Shown here: in pieces, positions 48,032 through 58,195 of the stretch | Position numbering within the stretch: position 1 is the stretch's first letter | Layout: each line of letters starts with the position of its first letter | From: a bacterium | GTDB lineage: Bacteria > UBA8248 | DNA length: 64,000 nt | Direction of reading: 5' to 3' | NCBI GenBank assembly: GCA_965207065.1 | Contig: OZ242260.1 | Coordinates: forward strand, 1,792,001 to 1,856,000 | The notes under the pieces: model-generated | Databases searched by the model: none | What the model was told of the DNA's origin: nothing | Seen by the model: the letters and a program-made list of their open reading frames with translations, nothing else | Translations under genes and position numbers: made by a program

Positions 48032-49541
48032 ACGACCAGGCCTCGTCGATGAGGCAACCGGCTCTCACGAACGCTATGGCGTAATTGACATTGGTTCCAA
48101 CTCGATCCGTCTGGTCGTGTTCGAGGGGTTGCTGCGCGCGCCGCTGCCCATGTTCAACGAAAGGATCCTGTGCGGTCTGGGCCGCAATTTACATGATACC
48201 GGCAGGCTCGATACGGAGGGCATCGAACAGGCGCTTCAGAACATCGAGCGTTTTGGCGTCCTGTTGCGCGCGATGGGGGTGACGCGCTTTGACGCCATCG
48301 CCACCGCGGCGGTGCGCGATGCCGAGGATGGATCTAAGTTCGTCGCCGAAGTGGAGCGACGGTGCGGTTTTCGCGTGCGCGTGCTCTCGGGTGCCGGAGA
48401 AGCCGAGATGGCGGCGCTCGGGGTGTTGAGCGGAGCGCCGGAGGCGGACGGCGTCGTGGGCGACCTGGGCGGCGGCAGCCTCGAGTTGGTCCATCTGGTT
48501 GATGGCGTGATCGCCGAGCAGGCGACGCTGCCTCTCGGGCCGCTCAACCTCTTCGCCGCCTCGGGCGGCCAGCGAAAGCGTGCGCGGCGGATCATTGACG
48601 AAGCTTTGGGCGAGTTGCCCTGGCTCACCAAAATGCGCAAGCGTGCTTTCTATGCCGTCGGCGGCAACTGGCGGGCTTTGGCGCACGCTCACATGTCGCA
48701 TTCGGGCTATCCGCTCAACATCATTCACCATTACCGGCTACGCAGCGGCGACCTTGAAAAAATCGCCGCTCTGATATCCCGCCAGAGCCGCGAATCGTTG
48801 ACGGGCATTCGCGGCGTTTCGAGCAGGCGGCTCGATTTGCTGCCGCTCGCAGCACTTGTGATGGAACACCTCCTAGCGATTGTTGCGCCACGCGACGTGG
48901 TCTTCTCCGCTAATGGGCTGCGCGAAGGGCTCGCCTATGCGTGCCTGGGGAAGCGGGTCCGGAACGAGGACCCGCTGCTCAGTGCGGTGGGCGACATTCA
49001 TGCCCGCACCGCGCGGTTTCCCGATCACGTCCCTGAACTGCTCGAGTGGACAGAAAGCCTTTTTCCAAAAGAGAGCGCGTCCGAGCTGCGCCTGCGTCAC
49101 GCCGTCTGTCTGCTCAGCGACGTCGGCTGGCGGGTGCACCCGGATTACCGGGCCGCCCAGGCCTGCGCCGAGGTGCTGCATGCGCGCGCCTTACACGTCA
49201 GCCACGAGGAGCGGGTGTTTCTCGCGCTGGCCGTTTACGGGCGTTATACGAGCCGGGAGACCCACGGGGAATTGCGCACCGTCGTGCGGCTGCTGGATGG
49301 GGAGACCGCCGGTCGCGCGCGAATCCTCGGCTCCGCCGTGCGCCTGGGCGAGACTCTGTGCGGCGGCGTTCCCGGCCTGCTGGGGCGTTTTTCGCTCAAG
49401 CCGTCGCCGCGCCGGGGTTCTCTCAAGCTCAAGTGCCGCCGCCGTGACAAGAACATGCTGGGCGAAGTCGTCGTGCGCCGCTTCGAGGCCCTGGCCGCTC
49501 TGATGGGGCTGGAGCCAGAGGTGAGCTTTGTCGATGACTAA
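48015..49541 (+). CDS. ppx: Ppx/GppA exopolyphosphatase
   Basis: [34 protein letters not shown]-like C-domain; overlaps ppk1. Confidence 0.92.
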   Translation: MRKTAERPGLVDEATGSHERYGVIDIGSNSIRLVVFEGLLRAPLPMFNERILCGLGRNLHDTGRLDTEGIEQALQNIERFGVLLRAMGVTRFDAIATAAVRDAEDGSKFVAEVERRCGFRVRVLSGAGEAEMAALGVLSGAPEADGVVGDLGGGSLELVHLVDGVIAEQATLPLGPLNLFAASGGQRKRARRIIDEALGELPWLTKMRKRAFYAVGGNWRALAHAHMSHSGYPLNIIHHYRLRSGDLEKIAALISRQSRESLTGIRGVSSRRLDLLPLAALVMEHLLAIVAPRDVVFSANGLREGLAYACLGKRVRNEDPLLSAVGDIHARTARFPDHVPELLEWTESLFPKESASELRLRHAVCLLSDVGWRVHPDYRAAQACAEVLHARALHVSHEERVFLALAVYGRYTSRETHGELRTVVRLLDGETAGRARILGSAVRLGETLCGGVPGLLGRFSLKPSPRRGSLKLKCRRRDKNMLGEVVVRRFEALAALMGLEPEVSFVDD

Positions 49542-49764
49542 GGCGGGCGTACTGGTTTCCCAGAAAATGGCCGGTCGAGAGACTTGAGACGGAAACTACT
49601 TGCTGTGGATGAAATTAGGTTCGGGCCTCCCGATTGCATTTCATATCCGCTCGGCTAAAATAACCAACTACCTTTTGTTCGACAGATGAGCGCCCCGGCG
49701 CTGAAAAATCCGTTTATTTCGCCGCAGAACCCGGTGGCGGAAACGTCAAGAAGGAGAGCACGAC

Positions 49765-50718
49765 ATGGTGGAACGCAGAAGCTATTCGGGGATCCTGCCA
49801 GCGATGCAGGTTCCCATGCTGGACAACATGGATATCGATGAGGCCGAGCTTAGCCGTTTTTCCGGATGGCTGGCCGGATTCGAGGGTGTGAACGGGCTCG
49901 TCACCAACGGCCACACGGGCGAGGTATTCTCATTTACCGCACGAGAACGCGCCGAGGTGACGCGGATCGTCGCTGACGCCGTAGGCGGAAGCGTGCCGGT
50001 CATTTCGGGGCTCGCATGCGAGGGCATCCGCGACGGTATCGAACAAGCCGAGATGGCCCGGGAAGCAGGAGCCGACGGGCTGCTCGTGATGCCGTTTCAC
50101 CACTGGCTGCGTTTCGGACATCGACCGCAGCACGTCATCGACTACTTCACGGCAGTCGGCGAGGCGTCCGACCTGAACCTGGTGGTGCACGTGTATCCCG
50201 CGTGGACGAAGGCGAGCTACAGTTCCGAGCTTCTGGGCGAACTCGGGAGGATTCCCTGGGTGACCTGCTTCAAGGTCGGCACGCGCGAGATGTCCCAATA
50301 CGCGCGCGACATCGCCTCCATCCGCGAGAACGCGCCCGATACGACGATCCTCACCTGTCACGACGAATATCTCCTCGCATCGATGGTGCAGGGCGTGGAC
50401 GGCGCGCTCGTCGGGTTCGCCTCGTTCATTCCCGACCTCATCGTAGCGCTCTATGAGGCCGTCAAGGCGGGCGACCTGCACCGCGCGCAGGAGATACAGG
50501 CGCAGATTCTACCGCTCAAGGAAGTCGTATATTCGAGCGGCGAGCCCTCAGGGGAGGCGCACGCGCGCATGAAAACGGCGATGGTGCTCGCCGGACGCTT
50601 CAAATCGCCCGTCGTGCGTCCGCCGAGCGAGGTCGCCAAGGGACGCACGTTCGAGGCGATCAAAAGCGCCGTGGAGCAATCGGGCCTGCTGAAACTTGAA
50701 ACCGCGACTACCGGATAA
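49765..50718 (+). CDS. Dihydrodipicolinate synthase (DapA/NAL) family aldolase/dehydratase
   Basis: NGHTGE, GADGLLVMP, Schiff-base Lys candidate CFKVG, VRPP; AAGGAG RBS. Confidence 0.85.
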   Translation: MVERRSYSGILPAMQVPMLDNMDIDEAELSRFSGWLAGFEGVNGLVTNGHTGEVFSFTARERAEVTRIVADAVGGSVPVISGLACEGIRDGIEQAEMAREAGADGLLVMPFHHWLRFGHRPQHVIDYFTAVGEASDLNLVVHVYPAWTKASYSSELLGELGRIPWVTCFKVGTREMSQYARDIASIRENAPDTTILTCHDEYLLASMVQGVDGALVGFASFIPDLIVALYEAVKAGDLHRAQEIQAQILPLKEVVYSSGEPSGEAHARMKTAMVLAGRFKSPVVRPPSEVAKGRTFEAIKSAVEQSGLLKLETATTG

Positions 50719-50760
50719 TCGTTCGTCTCTCAAGGACAAACCAACGAGGGGAGGAAACCC

Positions 50761-51774
50761 ATGCTCAGAAAAAGAATGCGCTTCAAGGGGTTGACGCTTG
50801 GCCTTTTGCTGGCTGCCCTGATAACGGGCGCGGGCCCTGCGGCATACGCCGCCGATTCTTTCAGTATCGGCGCGATGCGGCCCGGTTCGGCCTGGTACGT
50901 CTTCGGCGCCACGCTGGCGCAACTGCTTAAGCCCAGCCTGCCGAAGGGCAGCAACCCCGAAGTGATCGCGCGCGGCGGAGGCGTGAGCAATCCCGCCGCC
51001 GTGGACAAGAAAAAGGCGACCATCGCGCTTTCGAACGTCGCCTCCGCACTTTGGGCCTACAACGGCTTGAAGGGCGTCTACAAGCAAAAGCACAACAACA
51101 TCCGCGCTCTCATCGGCGGGCTGAACAAAGTGCGCGTCACCGCTATGGTGACGGAGAACTACATCAAGCGGACGGGCAACGACACGCTCGAAAAAGCGAT
51201 GCTCTCCAAGCCGCCCGCGCGCATCGTCATGAAGCCTGCGGGCAGCACCGTCCCTGTCGTCGCCGACATGCTCATGGCCGCGCTGGGAACCAGCCGCAAG
51301 GACATGAAGGCGCGGGGCGGCAAGATCATTCAGGTGGCCGCGAACCAGATTCCGGCGATCATCAAAGACGGCAGGGCGGACCTCTACTTCGAGGTCGCCA
51401 TCCCGAGGCACCCGACGGTGACGGAAGTCACGACCACCAACGCGATGCGCTTCCTGAGTTTCCCCCAAAAGGCGCTCAAGGCCCTCGCCGCCAATGGCCT
51501 GCGGACGGCGGCCGTGCCGGGCAAGTGGTTCAAGGGCATCAAGGGCAAGGTGATGGCGGTCGACCTCGGAACGGTGCTCATCGCGCACAAGGACATGTCG
51601 GATTCACTCGCCTACACCATCACGAAAACGCTGGCCGAGAACAAGAAGGCCATGGGCAAAGCCCACGCGGCCTGGAGGTTCTTCAAGCCCAAAAACGGCG
51701 GTAAAACGGCGAGCGTCGGGGTGCCGCTCCATCCGGGCGCCGCGAAGTATTTCAAGGAAAAAGGCTGGCTGTAG
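50761..51774 (+). CDS. TAXI family TRAP transporter solute receptor
   Basis: Signal peptide, GSAWY..G, GGGVSN, VPLHPGAAKYFKEKG. Confidence 0.9.
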   Translation: MLRKRMRFKGLTLGLLLAALITGAGPAAYAADSFSIGAMRPGSAWYVFGATLAQLLKPSLPKGSNPEVIARGGGVSNPAAVDKKKATIALSNVASALWAYNGLKGVYKQKHNNIRALIGGLNKVRVTAMVTENYIKRTGNDTLEKAMLSKPPARIVMKPAGSTVPVVADMLMAALGTSRKDMKARGGKIIQVAANQIPAIIKDGRADLYFEVAIPRHPTVTEVTTTNAMRFLSFPQKALKALAANGLRTAAVPGKWFKGIKGKVMAVDLGTVLIAHKDMSDSLAYTITKTLAENKKAMGKAHAAWRFFKPKNGGKTASVGVPLHPGAAKYFKEKGWL

Positions 51775-51848
51775 ACCGACCACGGCGGGGCGGGGGACGA
51801 CGAGGTTCGTCTTTCGCCCCGTTTCCTCGCATCGGGGTTTCATGAACC

Positions 51849-53702
51849 ATGCGCATGGAAAAGCTTGGTATCGACGGCGTCTGGCTGGCGTTCCAGATGT
51901 GGATCGTTTTCTACCCGCAGGCTCCGCTGGTCGAGCGGCCCATCCACCTGCTTCTGGCGCTGGCGCTCGTCCTGCTCTTTAATCCGCTGAAAAAAACAGG
52001 CGCTCAGGCATGGCGCAATCACCTGATGGACGGTCTGCTGCTCGTCGGCACGGCGGCTGTTTTCGTCTATTACGCCCTCTCATCGACCCGCCTCACCGAA
52101 CGCATGGAGACCATCGACCCGGTCCTCGCCGTGGACGTGGCGGCCTTCGCGGCGATCATGGTGTTGTTGTTCGAGGGGGTGCGCCGCACGGTGGGCTGGC
52201 CGCTTCTGGGCGTTCTGCTCGTATTTTTCGCCTATGCGTTCGTCGGCAAGATGCTGCCCGGCGCACTCGGCTTCCGGGGTTTCACGATTGACGAAGTGGT
52301 CGAGATCATGACCATGACGACCAACGGCGTGCTGGGGATCACGACGGCGACATCTCTTCAGTTCGTCTTCTACTTCGTTTTCTTCGGTGCGGTTTACTCA
52401 GGGATAGGCGGCGGGCAGTTGTTCATCGACCTCTCGCTCAAGGTGGCGGGACGCTTCGCCGGAGGCGCTGCGAAGGCCGCCGTCGTGAGTTCGAGCCTGA
52501 TGGGTTCGATCAGCGGCAGCGCGGTGGCGAACGTGGCGACGACGGGCGTCTTCACCATCCCGCTGATGCGAAAGACCGGCTACGGGCCAGCGCACGCGGG
52601 CGCGGTGGAGGCGATCGCTTCCACAGGCGGCCAGCTCATGCCGCCCATCATGGGCATCGCCGCGTTCGTGATGGCGGAGTTGCTGCAGATATCCTACGCG
52701 CGCATCGCAGTGGCGGGACTCATCCCGGCACTCGCGTTCTACGCCGCCATCTTCATCTTCATCGACCTGCGGGCACGGGCCGAGGGCGCGCTCGCGCTCG
52801 GAGCGAGCGAACTGACACCCGAGGAACCCATCGCGGGAAGGCTCTATCTTCTTCTTCCGCCGCTTGCGCTGATCGCCATGCTGGTCGCGGGCTTTTCGGC
52901 CACCTACGCCGCCGTCATCGGTACGGCTTCGTGCGCCGTGGTCGCATACTTTCGCCGCAGGAGCTGGCTGAGCCTCGCAGGATGGGCCGAGGTGGTGCGA
53001 AACGGTGCGCGACAGGCCGCGGAAATCGCCGTGCCCATCGCCGCCATCGGGATCATCATCGCCGTCGCCATTCAATCGAACCTGGCGCTCAAATTCTCCT
53101 CCGGCCTCATCGGCGCATCGGGCGGAAAGCTGTTTTTCGCCATGTTCCTGATCATCATCGGCTGCCTCATCATGGGGATGGGCCTGCCGACGGTCGCCGC
53201 CTACATCATCGGAGCGATTCTGTTCGCGCCTGCGCTCAAGGATTTAGGCATAGCCGAGCTTCCCGCCCATTTCTTCGTCATGTACTACTGCGTGCTCTCG
53301 ATGGTGACGCCCCCGGTGGCGCTGGCGTCATTCACCGCTGCGGGAATTTCAGGAGCGGGCTCAATGGAGACGAGCCTCATCGCCTTTCGCCTGAGCCTCG
53401 TTTCGTTCCTGATACCCTTCGCCTTCGCGTTCGACCCGAGGCTGCTGGGGCAGGGCGATTTGGGCTGGGTCGCCCTTGCGTGCGTTTCGCTGTTCTGCGC
53501 GACGGGCGCCTGGGCGGTGGCGCTCAGCGGATATCTCAAAGGCCCTTTGCGTCTCCCCGAGCGCGCGATTTATGGAGTGGTAGCCGTGGCCGTCATACTG
53601 TTCCCCACTGGCGGGGTCGCGTGGGCGGCTGCTTTCACGGGGTTGCTCGTGCTGGCGGCTTGGGGAATATGGCTTGGACCCCGCCTGCGGGCTGCTGGAT
53701 GA
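51849..53702 (+). CDS. TRAP transporter fused (4TM/12TM) permease
   Basis: GGAAKAAVVSS, SGSAVANV, EAIASTGGQLMPPIMG, GMGLPT, VTPPVALA. Confidence 0.92.
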   Translation: MRMEKLGIDGVWLAFQMWIVFYPQAPLVERPIHLLLALALVLLFNPLKKTGAQAWRNHLMDGLLLVGTAAVFVYYALSSTRLTERMETIDPVLAVDVAAFAAIMVLLFEGVRRTVGWPLLGVLLVFFAYAFVGKMLPGALGFRGFTIDEVVEIMTMTTNGVLGITTATSLQFVFYFVFFGAVYSGIGGGQLFIDLSLKVAGRFAGGAAKAAVVSSSLMGSISGSAVANVATTGVFTIPLMRKTGYGPAHAGAVEAIASTGGQLMPPIMGIAAFVMAELLQISYARIAVAGLIPALAFYAAIFIFIDLRARAEGALALGASELTPEEPIAGRLYLLLPPLALIAMLVAGFSATYAAVIGTASCAVVAYFRRRSWLSLAGWAEVVRNGARQAAEIAVPIAAIGIIIAVAIQSNLALKFSSGLIGASGGKLFFAMFLIIIGCLIMGMGLPTVAAYIIGAILFAPALKDLGIAELPAHFFVMYYCVLSMVTPPVALASFTAAGISGAGSMETSLIAFRLSLVSFLIPFAFAFDPRLLGQGDLGWVALACVSLFCATGAWAVALSGYLKGPLRLPERAIYGVVAVAVILFPTGGVAWAAAFTGLLVLAAWGIWLGPRLRAAG

Positions 53703-53746
53703 GAGGATACTATGGATAGCAAGGCCCTTTATGGAGGTTCAATAAG

Positions 53747-54577
53747 ATGAAAGGGGGTTTGTCTCACCATAGAACGCATTGCGGAAATCCCTTCCCGGTG
53801 GTGTGGCTTCGTTTCGCAGCGATTTGTCTGTTGTTGCCTTTGGCCTGGAGCGTATTGTTGAGCACGCAAGCCTGGGGCGCAGCTCCGGCTCCGATGGTCG
53901 TGCGGGCGGACTCCCTTAATCCTTCCGGGTTTTCCGAGGCGGTCTTTCTAGGCCACCGGATACTCGCGAGAGAAAGCAAGGACTTGCTCCTTGATGAGAA
54001 GCGGCGGCGCGAACTCGCCCGCGAGATTGAGGGAGTGCTCAAGCGGGTGAGATACGCGTACCCCGAAATTGCAAAGATTACCGTTCGTGCGGCCCATGTG
54101 CCCGGAGTGCTTCTCTTGGGCGTGAAGCCTGATTTGTTTAAAGCAGTCGCCGGTCTCCTTGAGGGTAAAAACGGACCCGTCGAGTTGCGCACCGGAAATC
54201 CCGCCTTCGACGCCTTGAACGTGAAACTTAAGTTGAAGGCCGTACGGCCATACCGCCACACGGGCGTTCTCGTCATGCGCCTGAGCGAGGATCTGAACGT
54301 CAAAGCGGCGCGTAGCGCATACCTGAAGATAGCGGGAGTAGCATACGCAGAAGCCGATGCGCACCTGGGGGACGGATCGGACATCGAAGCATCGAAAACG
54401 GGCAATGTATGGTATCTCGTCGTCCGCAAGGCGTGGGGGGATTGCCCCGCCGGCTGCATCTACAAGAAGTTGTTTTTCTTCACCGTGAAGGGTGAGGATG
54501 TCGAGCGCGTCGAACCCTCTAATGCGATGGAGATGCCCGAATTCGAGAAAATCCTCGAAACGAGAAAGTGGCGTTGA
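53747..54577 (+). CDS. Hypothetical exported protein
   Basis: Signal-like N-terminus, C-terminal WGDCPAGCI motif; GGAGG RBS; start uncertain. Confidence 0.6.
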   Translation: MKGGLSHHRTHCGNPFPVVWLRFAAICLLLPLAWSVLLSTQAWGAAPAPMVVRADSLNPSGFSEAVFLGHRILARESKDLLLDEKRRRELAREIEGVLKRVRYAYPEIAKITVRAAHVPGVLLLGVKPDLFKAVAGLLEGKNGPVELRTGNPAFDALNVKLKLKAVRPYRHTGVLVMRLSEDLNVKAARSAYLKIAGVAYAEADAHLGDGSDIEASKTGNVWYLVVRKAWGDCPAGCIYKKLFFFTVKGEDVERVEPSNAMEMPEFEKILETRKWR

Positions 54578-54704
54578 CGCTGTGCGCGCGGGATGAGAGG
54601 CTCACCCCCGCTTCCGGTGAAAAATATAATTTTGCATGATGCGAACAGGGTAGCAGGGTCATTATCCACCTGTCGAGAGACACACACGAGGAGGAACCAG
54701 AACA

Positions 54705-55082
54705 ATGAACATCGCATACGTTTTCGCCACCGACATGTCGGCCACCTACAAGCTGGGCACCATGATCCTGCCGCAACTCGAAGCCGGCAACCACGGTGTG
54801 AACGTCGTCGGCATGTTTTTCTTCGACGACAACCTGTTCTGCCTGCGCGAGGGCGACGAGGTGGGCGAGCGCCTGGCCAAGGTCGCCGCGGAGCAGAACA
54901 TCCTCCTCATGGTCTGCGATCAGTGCGCCGTGCGGCGCAACCTCGCCGAGGGCACGTTCGAACAATGCGGGTCGGGCGACGTCAAGGCGAAGGGCCTGGT
55001 GGCCGGCGTGGGTGCAGGCTGCTTCCCGCAACTCTACGCCGCACTCGCCCCCGCCGCGCCCGACCTCGTCATTACGCTGTAG
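54705..55082 (+). CDS. DsrE-related (SaoD/DsrE-like) protein
   Basis: MILPQLE, GMFFFDDN, CDQCA..R, GCFPQLY; GAGGAGG RBS. Confidence 0.75.
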   Translation: MNIAYVFATDMSATYKLGTMILPQLEAGNHGVNVVGMFFFDDNLFCLREGDEVGERLAKVAAEQNILLMVCDQCAVRRNLAEGTFEQCGSGDVKAKGLVAGVGAGCFPQLYAALAPAAPDLVITL

Positions 55083-55132
55083 GAATTCTGCGGATTCGAT
55101 CGTTTATTTGTTTGTCGATTTTTGTGTTTCCG

Positions 55133-55160
55133 GTAGGGACAGGTCGCGACCTGTCCCTAC
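55133..55160. repeat. Perfect 28-bp GTAG-type REP palindrome
   Basis: GTAGGGACAGGTCGCGACCTGTCCCTAC. Confidence 0.85.
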
Positions 55161-55189
55161 TGCCCCCACCTTGTAGAACACTAACCAAC

Positions 55190-55396
55190 CACTCCCCCCT
55201 TGAGGGTCGGCCTTTCCTCCTCGGGAAGGCCGACGAGGAAGCCGAGCGCTTTGTGCGAAGGCTGATGCGGTGGGGGGTAAAATGCATTTTATCACCATTC
55301 CGAATTATACCCCCCACCGATTCGGTTTCGGGTTTTCACCCTCACCTCATCGTCGGTCTACCCGAGGAGGATAGACCGACCCTCAAGGGGGGAGTG
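55190..55396. repeat. Second, inverted copy of the 1705-1867 palindromic unit carrying two extra 27-nt hairpins
   Basis: Aligns by eye to the reverse complement of 1705-1867; similarity extends to 55169 (matching 1888). Confidence 0.85.
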
Positions 55397-55490
55397 ATTC
55401 TTCCTCTTTTATCAGTCGCCAATGACCTTCAAGGGGGGAATGATTGCAATGTCTGCGTTTTTTCGAAACGCCCCGAGATGGAAGTGAATC

Positions 55491-56312
55491 TCAAGCGGAT
55501 TCGAGCACGCAATAGGAGTGCAGCCCCGTCCACTCGGCGAGCGCCGGAGCGTTTTCGGGCGCATAGCGCATGCACACGTCCAGCATGGCGCCCGAGCGGA
55601 TGATCTTGAGCTTGTTTCCCTCCTCGAACGCGAAGAGATCGTCAAAGCCCGTCACCCATTTCGCCCCGAAGTTGGTTTCGAAATAATCCGAGGTCGCCGT
55701 CATCGTCTCGTTCCCGGAGGTGCGGTGGATGATTTTTCCCGAGAAATAATCAAAGGCGACGATGAGGCTTGGGATTCGCGCGCGCAGCCTGTCCAGAAAG
55801 TCATGGATGAGATTTGCCGGCAGGTACATGGTGTTCCCCTCCCAGATGAACAGGGTCTGCGCCTCCAGGTCGAAGCCCGCCTGGCCGAGTTCTCCGGGGA
55901 GGTCGATTTCCAGGTAATTGCCGTGAACCGTGTCGCAGGGCGCGACGCCGTGCTCTTCAAGAACATTCCGCTTGAACTCGAGAACTCCAGGCTGGTCGAC
56001 GTCGTAGAAGCTGACGCCGGGGGCACGAAAAATTTGCGAGCGCATGTCGAAGCCGGCACCCAGCGTAACGACTTGCTTCACGCCGTCCGCTATCGCGCGC
56101 TCCAGCGTCTCGTTCATGATGCACACGCGGTAGCGCGCCGTCTCCCGGACAGCCGGAAAGGTGCGAATGAGTTCGCGGAACTTCGCCGTCGCCTCCTCGT
56201 CGATGAACCATCCCGCGTAGGGGTCTTCGAACAGCGGACGCGCCTCGTCTTTTTCCATCTGCCGGACGCATGCGGGGAAAAAGGCCGTGGAGCCGACCTC
56301 GTTGATTTTCAC
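55491..56312 (-). CDS. SAM-dependent methyltransferase (LCM/TIGR00027-like), copy 3
   Basis: LFEDPYA, QVVTLGAGFDMR, DVDQP, FIWEGNTMYL; GTG start inferred by alignment with copies 1 and 2. Confidence 0.85.
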   Translation of the reverse strand: MKINEVGSTAFFPACVRQMEKDEARPLFEDPYAGWFIDEEATAKFRELIRTFPAVRETARYRVCIMNETLERAIADGVKQVVTLGAGFDMRSQIFRAPGVSFYDVDQPGVLEFKRNVLEEHGVAPCDTVHGNYLEIDLPGELGQAGFDLEAQTLFIWEGNTMYLPANLIHDFLDRLRARIPSLIVAFDYFSGKIIHRTSGNETMTATSDYFETNFGAKWVTGFDDLFAFEEGNKLKIIRSGAMLDVCMRYAPENAPALAEWTGLHSYCVLESA

Positions 56313-56317
56313 GGGAC

Positions 56318-57160
56318 TCAGGACGCTTTGAGCACGCAGTAGGAATAGAGTTTCAACAAGTCGGCCGCCACGTCCATGTACTCTTTTACAGCCGCCACGG
56401 ACTGCGGCGCGCGTCGCTCGCCGACTTCCATCAGGCTTGCGGATTCGTGCACTTCGAAGCCGTGTTTTTCCGTGAGGACGGAGAGGTCGTCGAAACCCGT
56501 CAGCCATTTCACATTGAAGTTGTTTTCAAAAAAATCCGTGACTTCGGTGATTCTCTCATCGCCGGACGTGCGGTTGATGATCTTTTCGGAGAAATAATCG
56601 AATGCGATGGTCATACGAGGGACCTGCGCGCGCATTCGAGCGAGAAAATCGTGGATCAGGTCGACCGGCAGATACATGGTGTTGCCTTCCCATATGAAGA
56701 GTATGGGCGCTTCGAGGTCTAAGCCCGCTTTTTTCAGTTCCCGGGGCAGGTCGGCTTCCAGGTAATTGCACTCGATTCCGGCGCAGGGCGTGACGCCGCC
56801 TGCTTCCAGGACCTTGTTCTTGAACTGCAGTACCGCCGGCTGGTCGACGTCGCAGAACCTGACGTCTTCTGTCTGATAGATGTGGGCGCGCATATCGAAA
56901 CCCGCGCCGAGCGAGACGATCTGCTTCATGCCGTCCGCGATGCCGCGCTCGACGACCTCGCTCATGACGCACACCCGGAAACGAACCAGTTCCAGCGAGG
57001 GCGGGAAAACCCTTATCTGCTCCTGAACCTTCTCCTCAATCGCTTCGTTGACGAACAGCGCCGCATAGGGGTCGTCGAACAGCTTGTGTTCCTGATTTTT
57101 TTCCATCGCCCGCATACAGGAAATGACGAACGCGGTTGCGCCGATTTCGTTGATGTCCAT
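56318..57160 (-). CDS. SAM-dependent methyltransferase (LCM/TIGR00027-like), copy 2
   Basis: LFDDPYA, QIVSLGAGFDMR, DVDQP, FIWEGNTMYL. Confidence 0.88.
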   Translation of the reverse strand: MDINEIGATAFVISCMRAMEKNQEHKLFDDPYAALFVNEAIEEKVQEQIRVFPPSLELVRFRVCVMSEVVERGIADGMKQIVSLGAGFDMRAHIYQTEDVRFCDVDQPAVLQFKNKVLEAGGVTPCAGIECNYLEADLPRELKKAGLDLEAPILFIWEGNTMYLPVDLIHDFLARMRAQVPRMTIAFDYFSEKIINRTSGDERITEVTDFFENNFNVKWLTGFDDLSVLTEKHGFEVHESASLMEVGERRAPQSVAAVKEYMDVAADLLKLYSYCVLKAS

Positions 57161-57165
57161 AGAAC

Positions 57166-58011
57166 TCAGGACGCCTTGAGCACGCAGTAGGAGTAGAGTT
57201 TCAACAGGTCGGCCGTCAGTTCCATAAACTCGTTCATTTGCTCCACGGATTCGGGCGCACGGCGCTCGCCGACTTCAATGACGTTTGCGGATGAGACCAC
57301 TTCGAAGCCGTGCTTTTCCCGGAACACGGAGAGGTCGTCGAAGCCGGTCACCCATTTCGCCCCGAAGTTGCTTTCGAAAAGGTCGGTGAATTCGCTGATT
57401 CTCTCGTCACCGGTCGTGCGGTTGACCACCTTTTCTGAGAGATAATCGAAGGCGATGGTCAAGCCCGAGATGCGCGCGCGCAACCGGCTCAGAAAATTAT
57501 GGATCAGGTCGAGCGGCAGGTACATGGTGTTGCCTTCCCATATGAACAGGATGGGGGCTTCCAGGTCGAAGCCCGCTCGGCTGAGTTCCACGGGCAGGTC
57601 GACTTCCAGGTAATTGCATTCGATTCCGGCACAGGGCGTGACGCCGCCTGCTTCGAGAACCTTGTTCTTGAACTGAAGCACCGCCGGTTGATCGACGTCG
57701 CAGAACCGGACGCCGTCGGTTTGATAAATCTGGGCGCGCATGTCGAAGCCCGCGCCGAGCGAGACGATCTGCTTCACGCCTTCTTCGATCCCGCGCTCGA
57801 CGATTTCGCTCATGGCGCAAACCCGGTAGCGAACCAAATCTCTCACGGGCGGAAAAATCCGTATCTGCTCCCGTACCTTCTCCTCGATCGCCTCGTTGGC
57901 GAACAGCGCCGCGTAGGGGTCGTCGAACAGTTTGTGTTCTTCGTCTTTTTCCATCGCGCGGATGGAGGATACGAAAAATGCGGTCGAGCCGATTTCGTTG
58001 ATGATATCCAC
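57166..58011 (-). CDS. SAM-dependent methyltransferase (LCM/TIGR00027-like), copy 1
   Basis: Same motifs as copy 2; GAGGAG RBS, GTG start. Confidence 0.88.
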   Translation of the reverse strand: MDIINEIGSTAFFVSSIRAMEKDEEHKLFDDPYAALFANEAIEEKVREQIRIFPPVRDLVRYRVCAMSEIVERGIEEGVKQIVSLGAGFDMRAQIYQTDGVRFCDVDQPAVLQFKNKVLEAGGVTPCAGIECNYLEVDLPVELSRAGFDLEAPILFIWEGNTMYLPLDLIHNFLSRLRARISGLTIAFDYLSEKVVNRTTGDERISEFTDLFESNFGAKWVTGFDDLSVFREKHGFEVVSSANVIEVGERRAPESVEQMNEFMELTADLLKLYSYCVLKAS

Positions 58012-58195
58012 AGCCGTGGCTCCTCTGAATTGGGTCTGTCACACCATTCCCGGGAAAAGAGAAGGCGCGCCTCGTTTAGTCCTCACTGGTCTTGGTTTGA
58101 CAGGACGGGATAATAGCGAAGTGCGGCGGTGGTGGGCAATGAAAAAATGGTGGTCAGATGCCCGCGCCGCGCCCCGGAGAATGTCGAGGCTCTCC

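Noticed and set aside
54593-55603. 336-aa ORF spanning the DsrE-like gene and repeats
   Set aside because: Out-of-frame overlap with a better-supported gene, then runs through palindromic repeats.
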